Source: Octopus vulgaris
Taxonomy: Eukaryota
Assembly (NCBI GenBank): GCA_951406725.2
Contig: OX597822.1
Location: forward strand, 40,176,001-40,240,000
Direction of reading: 5' to 3'
DNA: 64,000 bases
Numbering within the stretch: position 1 is the first letter of the stretch; each line of letters opens with the position of its first letter. Position numbers and translations under genes: made by a program. The notes below the pieces were generated by a model that ran no database searches, was not told the DNA's origin, and saw nothing but the letters and a program-made list of their open reading frames with translations. Positions 13,297 to 25,097 of this stretch are shown here, piece after piece.

Positions 13297-13975
13297 TACT
13301 AGGATGAGGAAAAGTTCGTGCGCTGTGTTAACATAATGATATTTTACGCAATAATTTATTAAAAACGAACAACTATTCTTCAAAATAAAGACCTTCTGCC
13401 AACGATCTGTAAGCTTATAGACCTAGGAGTGGCTGTGTGGTAAGTAGCTTGCTTACCAGCCACATGGTTCCAGGTTCAGTCCCACTGCGTGGCAACTTGG
13501 GCAAGTGTCTTCTACTATAGCCTCGGGCCGACCAGAGCCTTGTGAGTGAATTTGGTAGACGGAAACTGAAAGAAGCCTGTCGTATATATATATGTACGTG
13601 TGTGTATAGGTTTGTGTATCTGTGTTTGTCCCACCAACATCGCTTGACAACCGATGCTGGTGTGTTTACGTCCCCGTAAATTAGCGCTTCGACAAAAGAG
13701 ACCGATAGAATAAGTACTAGGCATACAAAGAATAAGTCCTGGGGTCGATTTGCTCGACTAAAGGCGGTGCTCCAGCATGACCACAGTCAGATGACTGAAA
13801 CAAGTAAAAGAGTTTCGGATTAGGTCAAAGTATCAATCCTTTGAATTGAAAAATTCTCGACAGGCTTCTTCAACTTCATCGAATGACTCAAATTGGTGAC
13901 CTTTCATAAAGTGCTGCATAGACACTATGTATATAAATGTAAGATCCAGGGATCTAGGTGTAGGAAGAGAGTTAG
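13297..13975 (-). pseudogene. Mariner transposase C-terminal relic, split by a family A SINE
   Basis: Minus-strand translation gives LPTPRSLDL (degenerate LPHPPYSPDL) then SMQHFMKGHQFESFDEVEEACREFFNSKD. Beyond the SINE it gives KLTDRWQKV and GLYFEE*, the typical mariner C-terminus. Confidence 0.75.
13420..13813 (+). mobile_element. Family A SINE, full length
   Basis: Complete head, CORE-like segment, microsatellite and tail. Confidence 0.9.
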
Positions 13976-14148
13976 TCTCAACCAATCTGTAGTAAATATA
14001 GAAAACAACTTTCAGGGACAATAGCGGTTTATTGAGACGGAACGTTGTAGATTTTTTTCTTATCGAAGTACAATAAAATGAAAAAAAAAAAAAAAAAATT
14101 TCACAGTAGGCAATCAGAGTTTCCCGGTGTGCGAATAATAATTAAAGA

Positions 14149-14453
14149 AAGTAGATAAGATCTGGGTTACATATGTTTCATAGCGAGCGGAACTTCAGAA
14201 GTGGTAAATATCGAGGCGAAGTGTCTACCACAGGCTACACTTCAGGCCAAAGATATCTTGATTAAATTAAAATCAGAATCTGATTGAATATTCCATGCGT
14301 TAACATGCACATCTTTGAGGCAATGTAAAGTTTAATTTAATCAAGATATCCTTAACCTGACGAGTAGCCTGCGGTATACATCTCGCTTGGATATTTACCA
14401 CTTCTGAGGTTCCGCTCGCTATGAAACGTTTGTAGCTTGGATCTTATCTACTT
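14149..14453. mobile_element. Fold-back element/MITE with ~123-bp imperfect arms
   Basis: 14149-14271 is the reverse complement of 14331-14453 at roughly 85% identity by eye. Confidence 0.75.
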
Positions 14454-14496
14454 CATTCCACATCCGTAACCCAGTAACCCTTATATATATATATAT

Positions 14497-14655
14497 ATTT
14501 GAAATTTACTGAAAACGAGACAAAGACAGTTTGACGCTCGGGAAGGTGAGAAAGTTTTTACGTTTCGAACCTACGCTCTTCAACAGAAAGGAACACGAGA
14601 AAATAATCAGAGGGAGAATTAAAATAACTTGTGGGGTTAGCGGTCAATCATGGTA
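14497..14655 (-). mobile_element. Penelope-like terminal-repeat element with hammerhead-like motif, family P2 copy 1
   Basis: Minus strand reads CTTT CTGTTGA A GAGC GTAG GTTC GAAAC GTA AAA. Homologous to 23010-23220 and 51283-51490; sits in (TA)n. Confidence 0.6.
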
Positions 14656-15174
14656 CACACACACACACACATATATATATATACTCCCTTAAATGCATCC
14701 GCATCTGCTGTTATTTTGAGCATGGTTTACTTTTCCGTTTAATTGCAATTGACACAAGATTCAAACCATCGGTGGTAGATGTGTAAATTTGAAATGGTAT
14801 GTAAATGGTGGTGTTTCAGTGGTAATGATGGTCGGTAATAGTGGTATGAGGTGTATATCTGTAGCGATGGTTGTGTGTCAGTGGTTACGGTGTAGAGATT
14901 GTTTTAGTATGTGGGCTGTAGTGATGTATGGGCGGCAGTTTTATGTAGGCTGGTATTGTTTAATGGTAATGGTTTGTAGATGTGTAGCTCAACAGCATCC
15001 GTTTTGTAATTAAGTGAAATAACACTTGACCTACTTGAGTGTGTTGGTGTGTGTATACATACGTATACGGAAATATATATATACACACACACACACTTAT
15101 ATATATATATATACACACACACACACTTGTATAAATACACACACACACACATATATACACACACAAATATATGT

Positions 15175-15211
<37 letters not shown>

Positions 15212-16179
15212 CATCCATCTATATACATACACACATGCTCACATACACACTCACACACATATACATACAAATATAAATATATATAATTTCTGTATATGTG
15301 TATATATGAGAATGTAAATGTATATGTGCGAAGCGCACAGAAATCCTCCGAAATAATAGCTATCTCTTAGACATCGCAATTTCAAACGTTTTGGGTATCA
15401 TCTGCTAAAGTGTATACGTAACCAACCACACGCACTACTGCTCCAATTCAAACAATAACACATAATTCCTGCTGTAATCATATACAAAATAATCATTTAT
15501 TGGTGGGGTTGTTATTGTTGTTGGTACACTACAATTAACAATTAGCAGGTGAGATTGTATAACACCCCACAAAATCTGGGAATTAACCTGAAATAAATCA
15601 TGTATGTTGTTTGATTATGGGAACATTGTTCGAAATAATTCTACGAAAGCAGTTATTCGAAAAAGCATTTTTATTCGGATGAAAAATTGTATGAGTGAAA
15701 ATTGTTATCAAACAATTTTCATGATACAATGTGGCCTACATTTATGATAATTGTCTGTCAGTATGCTTGTATATTTGTGAGTGTGTGCGTGTATAGATTT
15801 TATTTGCGTACAATTATGTAATAATGTGGTCCCCTGACGAACTGTTGTGGTTCAGCATCAGTTAGCAATGGGAACATCCATTGCGGAGAATACAAATAGC
15901 CCTAATGGTGAAGTGTATGTAGGAAGCAAATAATATAAACTGCATCGTTTGTTTTTTATAATTTTTTGTCGGGCCTTTTCTCTGTTTATCACAATCAGTA
16001 AGACTCTGAAATGCAGTAGTAATCACATCATTATGCTGGAAGTGAAATGGATGAATATTGTCTTCGTAAAGCTCTAAATTCACCGGTAGCAGTCGTACAC
16101 ACATGATAGATGCAGGAGTACTGCTGACGCATGGAAATGGGTATGTTCATGGCTGACTAAATAAAGTGCATCATAGTAC

Positions 16180-16390
16180 TGCAAGTGAGAACGACAATGG
16201 TTCTCGAATCCTGCCAGCGACTTACAGAACCTGGTGCAGATTCAACATTCACACTGACTACTTGATTGTTCCGGATCACTCTGAGGATTTTCTCTTTACA
16301 CTGCCATGTGCCTAGATAAACCTAAGCAATTTATCCACGTTTTCTAATACAGTGTCGGTGAGTTTGGCTTCAACAAGAAAATCGCTGTAG
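16180..16390 (-). pseudogene. Possible LINE (RTE-like) ORF2 C-terminal C2H2 finger relic
   Basis: Minus strand reads RENPQSDPEQSSSQCEC*ICTRFCKSLAGFENHCRSH, a CxxC-x12-HxxxH pattern with an in-frame stop. Confidence 0.4.
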
Positions 16391-16994
16391 TTTATAACTC
16401 TCTCTCTCTCTCTCACACGCACATTACTGTATTACATAAGCTGTGTTCCGCTATTTCGTTTAACTTCACATACTGTAAGCAAATTTCTATGTAAATATTT
16501 GTATGTTAGGGTGTTATAATTTATTAACTTTGCCACTACAATTTCTGTTATGTTTCGAAATTCTAAACACTACTCAGGTATGGATTATATCTGGTAAGGA
16601 AATTTATGTCTGTATGTGTAAGCTTATTAAATATAGTGATGCTTTATGAAAAATAATTTTCGGAGAAAAAATTTGTTTACATATAGCTTGCTCCTTTTTG
16701 TTTTATGTGTGTGTGTGTATGTTTTTTGGGTTTTTTTTTCTCAAAATAATCTAGGAGAGGGTTATTAAGTCTAATTTTATTAAGTCATTTTTATGTTATG
16801 CTGAGAAGTCTCATTTCAAGATGCCTATGGTGATGTCTTTGTATGGAATTTGAGAAATATCAGTGCTTTTGTAGAAATGTAACGAATAATTCGATTTACT
16901 TGTTCAAACTTGTGTGGTGCTAATTTAAGTTTATCAAGAAAGCATGCAGTCACAAAACTGGTTATTTATAAGGATTGACCAAGTCTTGTAATAT

Positions 16995-17184
16995 TCTTTT
17001 ATACTCTAGGCACAAGGCCCGATTAGATCGACCCCAGTACGCAACTGGTATTTAATTTATCGACCCTGAAAGGATGAAAGGCAAAGTCGACTTCGGCGGA
17101 ATTTGAACTAAGAACGTAAAGACAAATGAAATACTTCTAAGCATTTCGCCCGGCGTGCTAACGTTTCTGCCAGCTCAACGCCTT
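16995..17184 (-). mobile_element. Family B SINE
   Basis: Reverse complement of GGCG..GAGCTGGCAGAAACGTTAGCACGCCGGGCGAAATGCTTAG...GTCGACTTTGCCTTTCATCCTTTC..GGTCGATAAATTAA. The central block resembles the MetaSINE domain (from recall). Confidence 0.85.
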
Positions 17185-17259
17185 AGGTACCTTGTAATAT
17201 TGGAGAATACGTTATCTAAATAAAAAGAAAGTTGGTTGCAAATATAGTATCGAACACTG

Positions 17260-17455
17260 AAGGTGGTTAACTGGTAGAATTCTTTGTACGCCGGGAAAAT
17301 GCTTAGCAGTATTTCTTCAGTCTTTACGTTCTGAGGTCGACTTTGCTTTTAATCCTTTCGGAGTCGACACACTAAGTACCAGTTGAGCACTGGGGTCGAT
17401 GTAATTGAATCAACCCCTCCAAGAAATTGCTGGCCTCGTGTCGAAATTTGAAACT
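17260..17455 (+). mobile_element. Family B SINE
   Basis: Head, central block and tail GAAATTGCTGGCCTCGTGTCGAAATTTGAAAC. Confidence 0.8.
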
Positions 17456-18311
17456 AGCATAGTGTGAAACATAACTTTGTAAACTTATCTAAATTTAAAA
17501 GGGTTAGCTTTTGATCTGGTGTGATCTTTACTCTTTGGATTAGAGTTGACACACTGATTTTTCGAGACCTTTACCATTGAGAGAATAACGTTTTGTTACT
17601 GGAAAGTTCAGGGCGTTGCTGTCGTTCAGTATATGGTAATCGTAATTATCATTATTTTCTATTATTAATGGATGTTGTGGTATTAGCAAAACGATGTAGC
17701 TGCTTTTAAGTTAATTTGCGATGCCTTCTCACCAGATGAGAAAACATTTTCCTAGTGTGTTACATAAATTGAATGAAGTGCATTAACTCGCATGAAATAG
17801 CTTTTCCCTTTCTATTCCATTCCACTCTCTATACTTGTAATGTTAAATTATTTCCTGGAAAACAACTGGAAGCCTGAGCGTTTATTATACGTTTGCTACT
17901 TTAATGAATAGGGTTAATCACAAGTGACCGAGATTTTTTTTTTGCCTAAATTGCTGGGTAGATTTTTGTTAATCCACAGTGTGTTGTGTTTCAAACTGCA
18001 GAATAAGCTTTGTTTTAAAAGTACGTTCGGGTTGATTTCTATCAAGTTTAAATATTACGTCTAAAATTTGGTTCCTTTAAGGTGATTTATGAATTTTGAA
18101 ATGAAATTCGGTAAATAACTCTGTTAAGAATTTCCTGAATATATTTGATTGTCCGTTGAGGGTTTTAGTGATTAATAAGCCGTCATTGCTATAAATGCCT
18201 CCGTCAGTAGAATAGATTTGATTATGAATTATTTGAAATTTCTGCAGAGATTCTAGCACACGTGCTTGCAACAAAATTAAAAGTGACATAGACAGTATTA
18301 ATACCAAAAGT

Positions 18312-18587
18312 TAATATTTATCTTCCACTTACACTAGATGTAGAGTTAGAACAAAATGCTGCGTTATTTACCATGAGAGAATGTCTGGTATGGACTTGTG
18401 ATGCATAAAAACACTCATATTTATATCACTGGCGAGTAATAACCGTCCGCTGCGGATGCTCCTGACAGCTACATAAACATGAATGCTTTTATGCAGCATA
18501 AGTCCATACGAGAGGTCCTCTCATGGTAAATAACGCGGTATTGTGTGTCCTAACACGACATCACCTCAAGTGGGGAGATGAATATTA
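18312..18587. mobile_element. Fold-back element/MITE with ~115-bp imperfect arms
   Basis: GCGTTATTTACCATGAGAG / CTCTCATGGTAAATAACGC and GTATGGACTTGTGATGCATAAAA / TTTTATGCAGCATAAGTCCATAC pair symmetrically. Confidence 0.75.
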
Positions 18588-18924
18588 CCTGTTGCATTTT
18601 ATGTTTTTAACCATAGAGCATTATTGACAAAGAGGGAATATTCTTGCGTACATTAATATTGTATGTGATTATGTGATGGAAGTGTAATGTTGACTAAATT
18701 CTATGACCTTAAGAGCTAAAGTTTAGCAACGGAAGGGTTTTAACTGATTATACCAAACTGTGCGAATGCATATTTTTATATATCATGAAAATTTCAAAAT
18801 CAATTTATTACGCTGCACTGTTGTTCTAAACTGCTTATAGGAAATGTTTGTGTATTTTGTAGTTGACATTAAGATGCTTTTTCTTACTTCTGTTTTAGCT
18901 GGGTTTCTTTAGTTTCTTATTTAT

Positions 18925-19140
18925 TTATTGCTCACAAGGGGCTAAACATAGAGGGGGACAAACAAGGACAGACAAAGGGATTAAGTCGATCCCAGTGCGT
19001 AACTGGTACTTAATTTATCGACCCCGAAAGGATTAAAGGCAAAGTCGACCTCAGCAGAATTTGAACTCAACGTAAAGACAGACGAAATACCGCTAGGCAT
19101 TTTGCCCGGCGTGCTAACGTTTCTGCCAGCTTGCCACCTT
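18925..19140 (-). mobile_element. Family B SINE with alternative 3' tail
   Basis: B head and body followed on the minus strand by TTTGTCTGTCCTTGTTTGTCCCCCTCTATGTTTAGCCCCTTGTGAGC AATAAATAAAT. Confidence 0.85.
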
Positions 19141-19930
19141 GCTTGGTTCGTTAGTATAAGTCAGAACAATTAAACTTATTGGCCTTGAAAGTAGTATAAG
19201 GTTTTAAGGCAATAGCTACAACTTCTCTGTATAGACAAGAGGATATGTCTCTGACATGCTATTTCTTAATAAATTATTATTATGGTTCATTTCATATATG
19301 TTCTATGTTTGTCCGTTTCTTCAAATATGTTCTCGTTTGATTTCTTACAAGCTTTTGTTGGTAGGTGTTGTTTACATTCTTAAATTACACGTACTTCACA
19401 ATTTTGAAGATGTCGGATTCAAAAGATTTAGCAACACATTTCTTAGTTGAAATGTTCTAGTTCTGAAACGGAATAAAGTTTCACTTCGTGTTTTACATTT
19501 TATTTACAATAATAATAATAATAATAAAACAAAACAAAACAAAACAAACAACAAAAAAAAAAAAACACCGCAAAAAAGCAAAAAACACTTTCCGAAGGAT
19601 TCTTTTAACTAAGTCTTCTGTCTGTCACATTAGACATTTATTAAAATGTCTGTGTTGGTATCAAAATGTGTTTTGGTGGAAAGTTTCACTCAGAATGATG
19701 CTAATATTACAGTTATATTTATTATGCAGAGAGAGAGAGAGAGAGAGAGAGAGCAGTACTATGAAATTTTCATGAAAATTCACTCAAAACGAAAGAAGTT
19801 TCAATACTTGTTTAGAGTGCAGTATATTTTTCGTAATAGCTTATAACAGGGTCACATTACAACTCAAGTTTGGTTAATTTATGGCACATCAGATAATATA
19901 AGGAAATTACTGTGGTTACACTTTATATAT

Positions 19931-20125
19931 ATGAGGTGGGTACTGAGAAGTCCCTGGCTTTAGGTAAAAGAAAATACAGGAGGATCAGTTAATTATGATT
20001 TTATCCAATTATTGCAGCGGTCCTTCAGTTTTTCTAAGCCATGTAAGAGATCTCGGAAGGTTGGGCTTCCAGCCGGGCTTTTCGTGGTATTCTTGAAGCC
20101 AGGAACTTTTCAGCACCCCTTCGAG
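19931..20125. mobile_element. Tc1/mariner-type MITE, same family as 2573-2790
   Basis: TIRs GAGGTGGGTACTGAGAAGTCCCTGGCTTT / AAGCCAGGAACTTTTCAGCACCCCTTCG. An isolated TIR copy also lies at ~50968-51000. Confidence 0.75.
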
Positions 20126-20141
20126 CGTGTGTGTGTGTGTG

Positions 20142-20236
20142 TGTGTGTAATGCCTTGTGCTTCCAAGCGATCCTCCAGGATAAAATTTAAACTTTGAGGA
20201 TTGCTTGGAAGCACAAGGTATGATATATAAATCTGC
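20142..20236 (+). ncRNA. Candidate pri-miRNA-like hairpin
   Basis: 26-bp stem 20150-20175/20196-20221 with only two G-U pairs, a 20-nt loop, a ~7-bp basal extension, and CNNC (CTGC) at 20233-20236. Confidence 0.35.
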
Positions 20237-20921
20237 CGGTTTATTGTATTTACACAGTATGAAACTCATATTTACGTACTGTGTATGTCATATGATATGT
20301 ATCTTTATCTCTCATTAGATAGTGCTATTTTTGTTGATCCTATAAAGAACAGAACAGTAAACGATATATATTAGTTATGGTTGGAGATAAGTATGCTAAT
20401 TCTATTTGGTTGCCAGTCCTTTATAATTTCTATCAGAATGATACATTAAGTCTATCAAAGTTTTAAAGTGAAGTCAAAGTTTTCTCTTTTATATGGGAGT
20501 AAAGCAATTTTAGAGGCGGCGTTTCTCCTGCTCCTGCACAATAGAGACTTATTAATGCTGTCTCTGTCAATTTATACTTTTAAAAAGCAGCGTGGCTTTC
20601 TGTGGAAAATTTCCACTCGTAATAACGCCCGCCTCGTCCAATACAACAAACGTAGAAGATAATGTCACACCGATATATGAAGACAAAATTTGATATTGGT
20701 TGTGAAAAATACGAATGAAAATGTTAGCAGAAAAACAACAAATTAAGAAAATAAACCTATTATCACTTGTAATATCTAGAATAGCTGAGATCAATGCGTC
20801 AGATAAATCAACGACTGTTTTTAGTTGTAACGGTAGCTGCAGAAAACAACAGATATCTTGCATTGATTTACCCCGAGACTAATAATGGCTGATTGATTAT
20901 ACATACTTTAATGATATTATT

Positions 20922-21100
20922 TCTTACCCGGTACAAGACCAGCAATTTCGAGGAGTGGGAAGTCGATTACATCGACCCAAGTACATGAATGGAATATATT
21001 CTATCGCTCCCGCGAGAATCAAAAGCAAATTCGACCTCAGCGGAATTTGAACTCAAAACGACGGACGAAATGCCGATAAGTCAGCATGCTAACACCGCCT
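20922..21100 (-). mobile_element. Family B SINE, degenerate
   Basis: TTCGACCTCAGCGGAATTTGAACTCAAAACG, GTCGATTACATCGACCC. Confidence 0.7.
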
Positions 21101-21579
21101 TATACACACCTAACGATATTGAATGTTTATATAGATAAAAACACAACAGCTGAGAAATTTTCACGCACGGTAGAACGTCGTAAACTACTGCAATTATTGC
21201 CGTAATTAGTTTGTTCTCAAAAATATAAAACAGAAAATCGTGAAAACCCCGTAAAAGTACATTTCTTAGCGAAATTTATAGTTAAAAAAAGGAAAATTGC
21301 ATTAACATACATACATGTATATATTTAAAGCAACAAATTGTATCTCAGGACCTTTAGATCATATGAAAAGTGGAATAAACCTCTATGAAAGATAATCTCT
21401 CAAACGATAAGTGGAAAAAGAATGTAAAAGTGGGGCTCAAAATTTGATAAAATAATATTTTAGACTATTATTATTAGAGATGAATGGAGCTTAAGTAAAC
21501 AAGCTTGAAAATATTAAATTTAAGTACATAAGCTATACAATTTCGTATGTGTGTCTCTGTCTCTCCCTTTCTCTCTCTC

Positions 21580-21627
<48 letters not shown>

Positions 21628-21630
<3 letters not shown>

Positions 21631-21717
21631 GCCCACACACAAACCGATACGGTGGGTCTAATAATAAAAAGCCTCCGCCTTCCAATGTGTCAGGGAGGTG
21701 TCGTAGAACTGGAAATT

Positions 21718-21751
<34 letters not shown>

Positions 21752-21905
21752 CAATCTCACAAGGACGATATACATTGCATGTGCAATTTGTGTCTTGTTT
21801 TTCTCTAGTGATATGGAATTTCCAGTTCTACGACACCTCCCTGACACATTGGAAGGCGGAGGCTTTTTATTATTAGACCCACCGTATCGGTTTGTGTGTG
21901 GTCAT

Positions 21906-21906
<1 letters not shown>
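21628..21906. mobile_element. Young fold-back element/MITE with perfect 91-bp inverted arms
   Basis: 21633-21723 is the exact reverse complement of 21811-21901. The 87-bp spacer contains (TA)n, and the element is embedded in TA/CA repeats. Confidence 0.85.
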
Positions 21907-21980
<74 letters not shown>

Positions 21981-22016
21981 TATATATATATATATATATA
22001 TAATTAATGTGTATAT

Positions 22017-22102
22017 GAAGGAGCGTGGCTTAGTGGTTCGGGTGTTGCACATATGATTGTAAGATTGTGGGTTCGATTCCTGGACCGGTAGATGCGTTCT
22101 TG
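22017..22102 (+). mobile_element. Family C tRNA-SINE head fragment
   Basis: TGGCTTAGTGG A-box and GGTTCGATTCC B-box; similar to 45965-46283 and 25740-25976. Confidence 0.6.
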
Positions 22103-22264
22103 GAATATTTTTTTAGATGTCTATATTTTTTGTGCATGATTTAATAACCCTATTCTTCAATACAAAAAGCTCGTTTGAAACAGCTGTAGTGAATGAGCCA
22201 ATTTCCATTTGTTATATATGTGTGTGTGTGTGTGTGTGTGTGCATATATATAAAAATAATTATT

Positions 22265-22493
22265 ATTTTATTGCAGTCATCAGACTACGACCATACTGGG
22301 ACATCGCCTGCAAGAAATTTAGTTCGGCAAAACGAGCCCAGTGCTTATTTATTAAAACCGTTTTACTTATTCTATCGGATCTCTCTTGGCAAACCACTAA
22401 GTTATAGAGAGGTAAACACATCAACATTGGTTGTAAAGCGGTGGAAAGACACACGCACACACACGCACACGCACACGCACACGCACACACATA

Positions 22494-22543
<50 letters not shown>

Positions 22544-22714
22544 AACACTCGTCGGAATTCTTTCAGTTTCCGTCTACAAAATCCATCCGCTAATAGTTCT
22601 TTGGTCGATCCGAGGGTTAAGTGGAAAACGTTGCCCAAAGTGCCACGCAAAGACACTCAACCCGAAAACATGTTGTTGAGAGGTAAACTTCTAACGACAC
22701 AACCATTTCTGCGA
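22265..22714 (-). mobile_element. Family A SINE, diverged
   Basis: TTTCAGTTTCCGTCTAC, GCCCAAAGTGCCACGCA, internal CA/TA tract. Confidence 0.8.
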
Positions 22715-23009
22715 CTATATACGAAATACACATATACAAAAATTCATACATGCCTATAGTTATGCATGTATACACACACAAATACTCACTCACTCACTCA
22801 GTCACGCATGCGCGCGCTGTTAATGAGATTATCGTTTATTGTACACCGGGAAATTCCTGTAATGACCAAAAAACCCATCAGCTTTAACGAATATATGACA
22901 CTGATAAATGACGTATTGAATACAATCATTCTCGTTTGTTCACAAATGATATCCTCTCACTCTCTGCATGTGCGTATGCTAATATATGAATACATACATG
23001 CATATATAT

Positions 23010-23216
23010 ATATAAGGAAAGTTTACGAAAATAAACAAAAGACGAAGGCAGGTGGTGTACAAAGAAATGTATTAGTATAGCGCTCGGGAATAGAAAAAGT
23101 CTTTTATGTTTCGAGCCTACGCTCTTCTACAGAAAGATACACAGAAAAAAACAAGGAGAGAAAAAAATGTGTGTAGTAGCTAACGATCTATCATGGTGTC
23201 TGACTTCGGACAGAAT

Positions 23217-23220
<4 letters not shown>
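23010..23220 (-). mobile_element. Penelope-like terminal-repeat element, family P2 copy 2
   Basis: Minus strand reads TCTTT CTGTAGA A GAGC GTAG GCTC GAAAC ATA AAAGA; flanked by (TA)n. Confidence 0.6.
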
Positions 23221-23282
<62 letters not shown>

Positions 23283-24313
23283 TGAGAGAAGTGTCAATTA
23301 AAAAGAGGTTGTTGTTTCGTTGGAACTGCATGTAGGTTCTGTATTAATGTGCTTGCAGTTTATTATGGAATCGCAACGCAGTTTATTTAATAATATGACG
23401 GTTGTTGTGGTTGTTCGTGCTGTTGGTGGTGTTGTTGTTGCAAGTTTATAATATTGTTGCAACTGTTGTTACAGCTGGTGAGAATTTACTGCAGCTGGGT
23501 TGTCAATTACTTGAGATTTAACAATAGTGGAATAAAACATGTATGGGGGTGGGGGTATGCATATACATACATATATATATATATACACACACAGACGCAT
23601 ATACTTGCACATATACGTGTATACAGATATTTGCGCATATACATAGAAATACACACACATGTACATTATATATATATATATATACAAAGACATGCATACT
23701 TGCAAAATACATACGTGCATATATATATGAGCGCATATATGTATGTACTCACACACGCACTAATATATATGTAAATATACATACACATGTGTGAATATAT
23801 GTGTGTGCTTCAGTGGAATTATATATTTACGTTCAAATAAATTTTGTAGACTGGATACAAACTCATACATTCATCACACACACACACACACACACACACG
23901 AACATATCCCTTCAGATAGATATATAAGTATTAAGTTAATAATCGTATATTATAAAATATACACGTTTCTGTGTTTAGCAACACGTAGATTGTATTGACA
24001 ACTAAGAAAGTCTTTCTTTTTCTTTCTTGAACTACGTTGTTTTGGATTGCTATTATTATGGAGAAGAACTGGGTCGAGGTTACGAGCCCGGTGGCCAGTC
24101 TCACACAGAAATAAGCTAAGAGGAAGTAGTCCCTGGGAAGAAATTTTCCCCGACAGAGTCAGTCAAAGATGATAAATGCACACATCGACGCGTTATATTG
24201 GCTGCAATCTGAATTCCTGTGTGACAAATTTTGATCTCTTGTCCATTTTTAACACCACCGTTACCTGGTTCTTTAAGTGCCTTTAATGAAATTGATCTTC
24301 TTTTTCCACTTTA

Positions 24314-24731
24314 AGGCGGTGAGCTGGCAGAATCGTTAGCACGCTGGACGAAATGCTTAGCTGTATTTCACCTGTCGCTACGTTCTGAGTATAGAAGAAA
24401 GTATTTTGCTTGTCTGGTTTGAGGATGGCTTCGCTTCCTTTCGTCCTTCAACTGGTCTACGAAGTCGTGTATTTTTACCAAGAATTTCAATAGTTCAGAG
24501 TTCGTCTTCTTTCTAAAATTTTCTTATGAACATCTCGACATATTAATATAGAGTTTCGATAAGTTAGTGAGCTGCTAGAATCATTGGCACACCGGACAAA
24601 ATGCCTAATGGTATTTGGTTCGTCTTTACGTTCTGAGTTCAAAATCTGCCGAGGTCGACTTTGCCATTCATCCTTAACCGTCTAACCAACGTGGCCCGAA
24701 ATTGCTGGCCTTGTGCCAAAATGTGAAACCA
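24314..24731 (+). mobile_element. Two family B SINE pieces (24314-24390 and 24565-24731)
   Basis: GGCGGTGAGCTGGCAGAATCGTTAGCACG and CGTTCTGAGTTCAAAATCTGCCGAGGTCGACTTTGCC..GAAATTGCTGGCCTTGTGCCAAAA. Confidence 0.8.
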
Positions 24732-25097
24732 TTTTAGAGCTTAGATAGGAAAAATAAGGGACAGGATGCATGCAATCGTATTTTTCAGTATTTGTTTCCA
24801 TTCTGATAAAAGAAATCATGTGCAGAATGGATCCAGAATTATTTTGCAATATTTGATTACACTCTTTATATTGTGAGTTCAAACTCCAACGAGGTTACTT
24901 TGCATTAGGCGCTTCCGGATGCTCTTGAGTAGCCTAGATTAGCTTCGATCCAACAAGTGGACCTACACTTGGGACTCTCCAATCCGGACAAAGAATTCAA
25001 AGCGATATCTTCCTACTTGTGTTTTTTTTTCTAAATACGATGTGGTGAAGTCTGAGAGAGATTTAGCAATAAACTTCCTCTTTCATAGGATAAAATA

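Noticed and set aside
15828-15870. CTGACGA followed by a short stem as another hammerhead
   Set aside because: There is no GAAA after the stem and no stem I or III.
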